From NCBI GenBank assembly GCA_963796965.1, contig CAWCNS010000009.1, positions 192,001-256,000 on the forward strand: DNA of 64,000 bases, given 5' to 3'. Shown here piece after piece: positions 55,620 to 64,000 of the stretch. Made by a program: the position numbers and the translations under genes. Numbering within the stretch: the first letter of the stretch is position 1; each line of letters opens with the position of its first letter. A model generated the notes under the pieces. It was not told where the DNA came from, searched no databases, and saw only the letters and a program-made list of their open reading frames with translations. Source of the DNA: Calditrichia bacterium. GTDB lineage: Bacteria; Calditrichota; Calditrichia; JAJRVZ01.

Positions 55620-56020
55620 CTTAAAGAATATCCCTTTAAAAGATATTACTGAGAAAATAATATCCTGTGTCCGATATCGGGAAATTCATTCTTTACTTGG
55701 TCCGGGTCTTTTAGAAAATTTATATGAAGAGGCCATGGAGCATGAACTTAAGTCTCGAGGTATTGAATATAAAAGACAGAAAGAACTTGAGATAAAATAC
55801 AAGGGTAATCCTATTGGGAATTATAGATTAGATTATTTGATAGAAAACAAGGTGATTGTTGAATTAAAATGTGTTGAAGCATTAAAGGGTATTCATATCG
55901 CTCAAGTGTTGACTTATCTGAAAGCAGAGAATCTAAGAGTTGGACTATTGAAATTCAATGTTCTTGATTAATTTCAATGTAGACAAATTAAAAGATGGAA
56001 TAAGAAGAGTCATATTATAA
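55620..56020 (+). pseudogene. GxxExxY protein (PD-(D/E)XK-like), disrupted
   Basis: 'DITEKIISC..EIHSLLGPGLLENLYEEAM..EL', 'YRLD.LIENKVIVELK', 'AQVLTYLK', 'GLL.NFNV..LKDGIRRVIL*'. Interrupted by TCCGATATCGGGA and a short duplication of TTCAATGT. Confidence 0.88.
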
Positions 56021-56137
56021 GAGATCACAGAGGGGAGATAATGATAAACAGTATTAACATAAATAAAATTAATAAGTTACTCAGTGTGCTCTGTGGTTAT
56101 TTTTTATACTACGCCAACCAGATTAAGGAGATAGAAA

Positions 56138-57964
56138 ATGAAAAGCATTTTTTTGATTTTATTTTTTATTGCTGGAATTTTATCAGCACAACCAAACGGA
56201 TTAAAGAACCTCTATAAACCATCCAATGCAAAAACCAGGTCCATTAGCCCTGAGAATTTTACTGGTGCAAAAGGACAGGGAGGAATGGCAACATTGGAAG
56301 AAGGAAGTGCCGCCAAAGCGGCACGTAAGCTTGGACAGGGTTGGAAAGTTAATCCCTATATTTTAATAGAACCTGGGGAAACAGCGACACTCGGCGAGAT
56401 AAACGAACCTGGTATTATTACTCATATGTGGATGGTACCAACCGGTGATTATCGATTGTTAATTCTAAGCATTTATTGGGATGATGAAAAAGAACCTTCC
56501 GTAGAAGTTCCTCTGGGTGATTTTTTTGCATCTGGTTGGGGAGTAGATAATGAACCATTAATAAATTCAATGGCCATTTGTGTAAATCCGAGGAATGGAT
56601 TCAATTCCTATTGGCAAATGCCATTTAGAAAAAAATGCAAAATAACAATGGAAAACCAGGATGATGCTGTCGCTACCTTATATTATCAGATTGATTATTC
56701 ATTAGAAGATGTTGAGCAAGATGCCCTTTATTTTCATGCACAATTTAGGCGAGTAAATCCTTTACCGTTTAAAGAAGTTTATACAATTGTTGATAACATA
56801 AAAGGAAAGGGGCAATATGCAGGTACCTATGTTGCCCATGGCGCCAATGGTTATGGCTGGTGGGGTGAAGGAGAAATAAAATTCTATATGGATGGCGATA
56901 AAGACTTCCCTACAATATGCGGTACAGGCGAAGAAGACTATTTCTGCGGTTCCTATGGTTATGAAGAGCATTTATCAGACGATGGTAGCCAGTGGATTTA
57001 CACCGATTTTAGCAGCCTTTATTCCGGATTCCATCATATAAAATATGAGGGAAAGCAGCGCAGGTTTGGGCAATACCGCTGGCATATTACCGATCCTGTG
57101 CGATTTGAAGAGGATTTAAAAATCACCATCCAGGCCCTCGGCTGGGATAAGGACGGGAGCTATTTGCCGCTTGAAGACGATTTAGCCTCTGTCGCCTATT
57201 GGTACCAAGAGGAACCACACAACAAATTTCCAACCTTACCACAACCGGAAAAGCTGGTGATTAACTTCGATCCGCCTTTATCCGGAATTGATGAACGCAA
57301 TATTTTTATAGATGAAGCAGTGGTGACGCTAAAGCCGGGTAATCAAAAAAATGAAATCAGGTATACAACTGATGGGAGCGAGCCTGACAAAAATTCTCTG
57401 TTATATACCAAACCTTTTGAACTAACGGAAAAAACCATTATAAAAGCCAATGAGTATTCACCTAAGAATTACTTGCTATCTTCGATTACAGGAGAATTTA
57501 TAAAGCAAGCGCCAGTTAAATCACAAAAAGTGGATAACCTGGAAAATGGTTTAACCTATCAATATTATATATTTAAAGAGGTGCCAATTTATACCACGGG
57601 ATTAAAAAAGAGAAAACCGGTTAAAACCGGTACGGTAGAAAAAATAAAATTTCCGCTTAAAGAATTGGCCGAGGCATTTGGTTGTAGTTTTACAGGGTAT
57701 ATTTATATTCCGGTTGAAGGCGTGTACACATTTACGCTTTTATCCAATGACGGCAGTGTGCTCTATCTTAATAATAAAATGATCGTCGATAATGATGGTG
57801 CCCACACAAGTGAAACAAGTTCAGGTCAGGAAGCTTTGCAAAAAGGATATCATCGTTTCCAATTGGATTATTTCCAGGCTGGGGGAGGCAAAGCGCTAAA
57901 AGCCTTTATACAAGGCCCGGGTATGGAATATCAGGAAATCCCGGTCGAGTTGTTTAAAAACTAA
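56138..57964 (+). CDS. DUF2961/GH172-like glycoside hydrolase with Fn3-associated and PA14 domains
   Basis: 'RSISPENFTGAKG.GG', 'YWDDE..PSVEVPLGDFF', 'WWGEGE.KFY.DGD', 'GTG.EDYF', 'YRWHI.DP'; 'IRYTTDGSEP'; 'SNDGS.L...DNDG.H'. Confidence 0.9.
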   Translation: MKSIFLILFFIAGILSAQPNGLKNLYKPSNAKTRSISPENFTGAKGQGGMATLEEGSAAKAARKLGQGWKVNPYILIEPGETATLGEINEPGIITHMWMVPTGDYRLLILSIYWDDEKEPSVEVPLGDFFASGWGVDNEPLINSMAICVNPRNGFNSYWQMPFRKKCKITMENQDDAVATLYYQIDYSLEDVEQDALYFHAQFRRVNPLPFKEVYTIVDNIKGKGQYAGTYVAHGANGYGWWGEGEIKFYMDGDKDFPTICGTGEEDYFCGSYGYEEHLSDDGSQWIYTDFSSLYSGFHHIKYEGKQRRFGQYRWHITDPVRFEEDLKITIQALGWDKDGSYLPLEDDLASVAYWYQEEPHNKFPTLPQPEKLVINFDPPLSGIDERNIFIDEAVVTLKPGNQKNEIRYTTDGSEPDKNSLLYTKPFELTEKTIIKANEYSPKNYLLSSITGEFIKQAPVKSQKVDNLENGLTYQYYIFKEVPIYTTGLKKRKPVKTGTVEKIKFPLKELAEAFGCSFTGYIYIPVEGVYTFTLLSNDGSVLYLNNKMIVDNDGAHTSETSSGQEALQKGYHRFQLDYFQAGGGKALKAFIQGPGMEYQEIPVELFKN

Positions 57965-58114
57965 CCAGTTAAATAATAAGACGTTTTCTCGCAGCGCCGC
58001 GACGACGCAGCGAAAAAATTATCAAATATATTTTGTGTCTTTTGTGCCTTTTTGCGGCTAAATAATATAGATGTGCCAGTCAGTCGCAGGTCGAAGCAAA
58101 GCGAACATCCCAGC

Positions 58115-58330
58115 CTACGGGATACCGAAAATATGAAATTGACCTTTTTCATCAGAAATGGTGCCCCGCTTGCCAGGTAAATTATTTCCGGTTACAACTA
58201 CATTTACTTCTTTGATTGGATTATTCTGATTGTCTAAGATACGTCCACCCAAATTGCCCGAAATGGTCTGTGAAAAAATTATTGAAAATAGCGACAGAGA
58301 GATAAAGGTTGTCCAGATTGCATTTTTCAT
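58115..58330 (-). pseudogene. 5' fragment of a TonB-dependent receptor/carboxypeptidase-regulatory-like domain gene
   Basis: Signal peptide, then 'SGNL.GRILD....PI..VNV.VTG......GT.SD.KG.F.I.GIP', then an abrupt stop. Confidence 0.65.
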
Positions 58331-58661
58331 TATAAGACTTTTTATTATTTATTCGGTAGAAAACCTTTCATATATGCCTTATTAGCTGGTCATAAAAAAG
58401 TGAGGAGATACTGATAATTTTAAAATAAATAGTCATGAATGAATTAGCAAGCAAATAATTTTGGGTTGATATCGCCGCTCATAAGCCAAAAAAGAAAGAA
58501 AAGCTTATAATTCGGCAAGTTCATATACTCAATGAAATACTACTTATTACCTCAACGATGTAGAAAAAGATTGCATACCGATAGTTTAATTTTGATATTA
58601 TGGAACCAAGCCCGATGGATATCCTTTTTCATCAATTTCAAACGGACGGAGGATAAAAGCG

Positions 58662-59837
58662 ATGAATCATCCAGATTATTCAAGACGTGATTTTATGTTC
58701 GCCGGTTCAGTCTTAGCAGCAACGGCTATTACATCAACGGCATCCGCACAGCCGTCCGGTAACATTGGACAAAATACAACAGGCATGTTAAATGCCAGAG
58801 ATTTCGGCGCGAAAGGCGACGGCACCACTGATGACACAGAGGCGATACAAAGGGCAATGGACCAGGCCGCCTTGTCAAATGGTGCGGTAATTATTCCTGA
58901 AGGTAACTATCTATGCTCGGAATTAAAAGTGCCCCAGGGGATCGGCTTGCATGGATTACCCGCCTGGAGTTACCGCAAAGGCATGGGAACCATCCTCACC
59001 CTCAAAGATGAAACGTCACCATGCCTGATCAATCTAACCGGGGCCTTCGGCGCTTACCTCTTCGGGCTCTGTCTGAACGGCAACCATATCAAAAGCGGCG
59101 CACATGGCATTATGGTCGATAAATCTGATTACGGTACTCAGGAAGATACACCACGGATCGATACCTGCCGGGTCGAGCATTTCAGCGGTGACGGGATCCG
59201 GCTGGAACGTATCTGGTGTTTTTGCGTGCGCCATTCTCATTGTTTCGGAAATCAAGGCTGCGGATTACGCGTGCGGGGCTGGGATGGATTTGTCCTCGAT
59301 AATTGGTTCTCAGGGAACGGCAAGGCCGGCTATGCCGCCTATGATGAAAATTCCTCCGTAACCCTGACCGGCAATCGGATTGAATGGAACCGTGAAGGAG
59401 GTATTCTTATCCAAGGCGGCTCCCATTACAATATTACAGGGAATTATATCGACCGCTCGGGAAGATGCGGCATGGCCCTGTTACCAGGCCAGGTACGAAA
59501 GATCTGTCACACAATTGCTATAACCGGGAATGTTATTTACAGGAGCGGCAAACCGGACTGGGGTAAAAAGGATGATTATGATAACGCCCATGCCAGGTTT
59601 GAATCGGTCAAAGGACTGGTTTTTACCGGTAACGCCCTGAACTCGGGAAGAGATGACGGCGCTAAAGGCATTTATTCTCCCGATTACGGCATCGTTCTGA
59701 AAAGGCTGGAAAGTTCAATTATCAAGGATAATGTGCAGCATAATGGTGCGATTAAACAGCTTATCGCCGATCTGGGCGAACATGGTGAAGGAGTCATTAT
59801 TAAAGACAATGTTGGTTCATTAAGGAAGATCGGTTAA
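58662..59837 (+). CDS. Tat-exported right-handed beta-helix (pectin lyase-like) protein
   Basis: 'SRRDFM', 'NARDFGAKGDGTTDDTEAIQRA', repeated 'ITGN' strands. Confidence 0.85.
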   Translation: MNHPDYSRRDFMFAGSVLAATAITSTASAQPSGNIGQNTTGMLNARDFGAKGDGTTDDTEAIQRAMDQAALSNGAVIIPEGNYLCSELKVPQGIGLHGLPAWSYRKGMGTILTLKDETSPCLINLTGAFGAYLFGLCLNGNHIKSGAHGIMVDKSDYGTQEDTPRIDTCRVEHFSGDGIRLERIWCFCVRHSHCFGNQGCGLRVRGWDGFVLDNWFSGNGKAGYAAYDENSSVTLTGNRIEWNREGGILIQGGSHYNITGNYIDRSGRCGMALLPGQVRKICHTIAITGNVIYRSGKPDWGKKDDYDNAHARFESVKGLVFTGNALNSGRDDGAKGIYSPDYGIVLKRLESSIIKDNVQHNGAIKQLIADLGEHGEGVIIKDNVGSLRKIG

Positions 59838-60032
59838 ATTAACCCAAGTTGCCAGTTCATTTTCGGTTAGAATTTACGTTTCTACCTGCAACGGATGTCA
59901 ACTTTTTCCGGGACAGACAATTATTTAATTTTGATTAAAAGTAATATTTCCGATTGCATTATCAGATGCATATTTTAGATTGCACTGTCGAATAGCAGAA
60001 ATAGCGTAATATATATTTAAGGATAAAATGGT

Positions 60033-61145
60033 GTGAAGTATTTTCTAATAGGTCTGATTTTTTGCTCATCCTTATTTGCTCAAAATAAAAAATGGGGCTG
60101 GAATGCCCATGGTTATATAAATGAACATGCTGTAGATTATCTGCCAACTGAAATGTCCTTTTTTCAGGATCAGCGCGATTTTCTGAAACAACATTCGGTC
60201 GATCCGGATAGGGATGATTTACCAGGATACTATCATTATATGGATATTGATTTTTATCCTGAATTTTATAGCGGAACTCTTCCTCATAATATGGATAGTC
60301 TAATATCACTCTATGATCTTGCAATTGTTCAAAACAATGGTACCCTTCCCTGGATTATTGAAGAGTGGACAGATAGTTTAAGCGCGTTAATGTCTGCTGG
60401 TCAATGGGATGACATTTGGCAAATCGCAGCTGAACTGGGACATTATGTGGCAGATTCTCACCAGCCCTTGCATCTGACTTTAAATTATGACGGGCAATAT
60501 ACCGGCAATAATGGTATTCATTCACGATATGAAACACAGATGATAAAACCACATATTTCGCAACTACCCTTAGCCGCAGGAACAGGAATATACTGGCCAC
60601 ATGTTATTGATTCTGTTTTTTCCTACATCGAAGAAATTTATCCCTACGCGGATAGTATACTCATTGCAGATGATCTCGCTACTGCTCAGGATCCCACGTT
60701 CAATACAACGTATTATACCATTTTATGGCAAGAACTTGAACATTTAACCGTAATTTCTATTCATAAGGCCATATTAGATCTTGCCAGTCTGTGGAGGACA
60801 GCATGGGAGAACGCAGGCAGCCCGTCCCCTTTAAGTATCCAAACGAATGATCATAATCCGGAAATCTATTTTTTAGCAGAGAACTTTCCTAATCCCTTCA
60901 ATCCAGTAACACATATTCAGTATGGATTACCAAAAACAAGTAACGTAAAAATTGAAATCTATAACGCAGTCGGACAGAAGATAAAAACCCTGCTCGATAA
61001 ATCAAAGCCAGCGGGCAGGCATCAGGTTGACTTTAATGCTCAAAATCTATCGAGCGGAATATATTTCTACCGAATTGAAGTCGTGGATCAGGTGAGACGG
61101 ACAGGTGAATTCTCTCAGGTTAGAAAAATGATTCTCATTAAATAG
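60033..61145 (+). CDS. S1/P1 nuclease / Zn-phospholipase C-like protein with T9SS-like CTD
   Basis: 'WGWNAH', 'PD', 'HYMDID', 'GTLPW', 'LGHYVADSHQPLH...NYDGQ', 'GIHSRYE'; CTD 'NFPNPFNP'. Confidence 0.88.
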   Translation: MKYFLIGLIFCSSLFAQNKKWGWNAHGYINEHAVDYLPTEMSFFQDQRDFLKQHSVDPDRDDLPGYYHYMDIDFYPEFYSGTLPHNMDSLISLYDLAIVQNNGTLPWIIEEWTDSLSALMSAGQWDDIWQIAAELGHYVADSHQPLHLTLNYDGQYTGNNGIHSRYETQMIKPHISQLPLAAGTGIYWPHVIDSVFSYIEEIYPYADSILIADDLATAQDPTFNTTYYTILWQELEHLTVISIHKAILDLASLWRTAWENAGSPSPLSIQTNDHNPEIYFLAENFPNPFNPVTHIQYGLPKTSNVKIEIYNAVGQKIKTLLDKSKPAGRHQVDFNAQNLSSGIYFYRIEVVDQVRRTGEFSQVRKMILIK

Positions 61146-61298
61146 TATCATATGATACTAACTATAAGTAAACAAATATCCATCAGCCCTACCATAGTCA
61201 CACCATTCTGAATTTCCTCCCATATCAATTTTGTCTTCGTAAACATGCATTTTTTCGATATGCCTAATGCAGATAGGGGAATTTATTGACAGACTCAA

Positions 61299-64000
61299 TT
61301 ATAGGACTGTTAAATAGTACCTGGCCCATATATGATAGGGGTTCAGTTGAAGAACGTTTTTGAACGCCGTTTTTGCCTCGCTCATTTTTTTCTTGCCCAT
61401 CAATCCCAAGGCAATCATATAATGACCGGCTGCCTGTCTTTGCTCCTTGGTACTTCCGCTTCCAAACTTTGCAAAGAAATTGACTTCCGATAGTTGATCT
61501 AATCTTTCTTGTCCCAGATCAATCAACTCGCCGAATATCTCTCCCGCTTTTTTATCATTTCCAAGTTCGGAAAAGGACATGCCCTGATAATAACGGTAAA
61601 CCGAAGGACTAATTTTTTGATTGATTGCTGCCTTAAAATAAGATTCCGCTTTCTCGTCCTCACCTAACTCCCTGTAAACCATTCCAAGCAGGTAATTTAT
61701 TTGCGGATTCCTCACATAATTAGGATCCTTGCCAATCTGATGGTTTTCGGGAAATTGATAGGCGGCTAAAAAGTCATTGAGTGCATTTGATATTTCATCC
61801 CTTGTCAGATAGGCCATACCTCTTAGTAAATGCGCATCAACATGGTATCCATGAAGATCTGTTAAGCCTTCCTGCCTTTGAAAATAGCCCTCATTCAAAT
61901 AGTCAATCGCCCTATCATAATTGCCGGCCATGGTAAGAACCATTATCTCGCGCAAATAGGCGACATTGAGTTCTTTAACACTCTCATGATTCGTCTGTAA
62001 TAAGTCAGTCTTTTGTTTATCGGGGTTCCCATTTTTTCATAGAGAAGATCCAGTTCATAATAGTAACGTGCGTCTTGATTGTTATAAGAAATTGCCGCTT
62101 CGTAGCTTTGAATGGCCATTTCGATATCTTCCATCGCTTTAGCGTATCCCCAACCCAAATTGCGATGGGCAATCGCCAGAGAATTTTCAAACTGAACGGC
62201 TTTATTCCAAAATTCGATCGCCTTTTCCGGCTGTTTATCATACAAAAGATTTCCCAAATAATAATAAGCCCGGGCATCGCGCTCATTGTACCTGAGTGCT
62301 TCATTTAATACGGGGATTGATTCCAGCCTGAATGGAAAAATGTAATCGGTTGATTGCGCTGATCCCTGTCGGAAGTAGTTCTCTGATTTTTGTTTTTCCT
62401 GCTGTTTTGAATAGATATAACCCAGATAATAATAGATCATGGCATGACTATTCAGGGCAATATCCTGGCTGGTGACCGCACTTTGAAGAATCTGTTCCGC
62501 TTCTTTGTAGAGACCAAAATTTAGATAATTGACTGCCAGTTCGATGTACGACTCAGGATTATTACGTAGCATCCGTACCAGCTTGTCCCGAATTGAATTT
62601 TCCGTCTTTAATTTTATTAATGACAGCTCATTTAAGGCAAGCTGATTGAGCGGATCGAATTTTAAAACCGATTGGGCCACTTCTTCTGCTTCCTCCATAC
62701 GATCCAGTTTTCTCAATAAAGCAGACTTGAGACATTGCGCCTTTAAATTCAGGTTATTTGCAATCAGCGATCGGTCCACATGTTCTAATGCTTCAGCGTA
62801 ATGACCTTTAACTGTGGCAATTTCTGCCAGATGATGGTAGGCGGCGGCAGAGAAAGCATAATCCCAGGTTGCCCTATATAAGGTATCATAGGCGGCCTCA
62901 TAATTTGCCTGCTGTTTTAATGTCAGACCGAGATAATATAAAGACTCACAATTCCGTGGACGGGTGTAATTTTGGGAGACTCTTCGGACCGCATTTCGAA
63001 AATGGCTCGCTGCTTCACCGTACATCCCCCGGTTTAAATAGTCTAAACCTACCTGCGTATTAGATCGTGAATCCAGCGGATCCCGTTTTAGGGCTTCTTC
63101 AAAATAATCCATCGAAGAGATTTGGGCATTATGAAATTGCTTTATTCTCAGACCAGTCAAATACAGTTCTTCAATCGTCTCAATTTCAGCGGGGCTTTTT
63201 GGAGGTGTCATAGGGGGTGGAAGTTCAGGATTAAACGGTTTCTCCTCTGCTTGATAAGAAACGATCTCTCTTTGGTCCTGGTCCAAAAGCAGGCCCTTTA
63301 GATTTGCCGTATTGGTCTTTTCGTCAATCCCAATAATTTGACTGAAAGGATTGGCCGGATCTATAAAGATCTTATCTTCAAATAGTTTTTTATCCCCATC
63401 AAAAAGGATCACAACAGCATCCCGGAATGCCCTCGTCGTATTAAAGGCTATCAACAATTCGCTATCTGAAATACGTTCAAGGTTAATCGCAGCGTCTTTA
63501 TTTGCATTTTTAACGGCACCTGTATTTCGAAGAGGATACCAGTATTGGGTAAAATGTTTTGTTTCGTATTGTTTGATCCAGCTGTAATCGGGCTGGTTAT
63601 CGGAGTACCCCCCTATCATCAGCTCAGCGTAGGGACCATCTGCATCCGTAAGGACCTGTGAATCCCACATTTTGCCATAGTCGCCTGTTCCCCATTCCCA
63701 AAGTTTTGCCCCCGCTAAAATATGATGATCACCCGTGTGAATAATACCGGCCTCTTTTCCATAATCATAACCGGCGAAAAAGTTTTCTTTTAAATTGAAG
63801 GCAAAAAAGGAGGTTGGATCAGGATGGTTTTTCCACCAGCTTGCATCGATCTGATTCTGATAATAATCATGACCATTATAGGTCTCATACGTGACCGGCC
63901 AATGTGAAAAAGAATTTTTTGCATGAAATACGGTATAATCAACACCCGGTGGAAAAACGGTCCGGTAATCATCATTTACATGTACGGCAACATTGGCCCA
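61299..64000 (-). CDS. Large DUF5107-like + TPR protein, 5' part outside the window (frameshifts near 61970 and ~63790)
   Basis: 'WANVAVH', 'GAKLWEWG', 'LTDADGPYAELMIG.YSDNQPDYSWI', then many TPRs across ORFs 61943-63670 and 61299-61955. Confidence 0.82.

Overview
Bacterial chromosome fragment, probably Calditrichota or a related FCB-like lineage (inferred from repeated 'NYPNPFNP...Y.YRIE...KKMIL.K' secretion-type C-terminal domains and gene content). It has two parts. (i) 1-22.1 kb is core-like: an ABC exporter, a doubled and inactivated IS1182, an FG-GAP lipoprotein, a stand-alone homocysteine methyltransferase domain, rocD, glgC, SpoIID, SPOR, Crp/Fnr, ispH, a GH13 enzyme and tRNA-Val(TAC). 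Almost every intergenic space here holds a ~190-250 bp inverted-repeat element built from 9-bp units, and there is an ~81-bp REP-derived tandem array. (ii) Downstream of tRNA-Val lies a >40 kb accessory region with no integrase in view. It is punctuated by same-strand partial copies of the tRNA 3' end and/or its downstream terminator flank. It carries three different nucleotidyltransferase-type toxin-antitoxin modules or relics with their operators, many orphan gene tails, attC-like remnants, a 14-repeat secreted propeller protein, a GxxExxY pseudogene bracketed by the same 9-bp-type ends, and a set of pectin/rhamnogalacturonan enzymes (GH28, GH78, PL1, PL11, GH172-like, DUF5107-like). Many genes are split by single-base indels, which points to long-read consensus error. 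Family assignments are by eye from motifs; no database searches were run.
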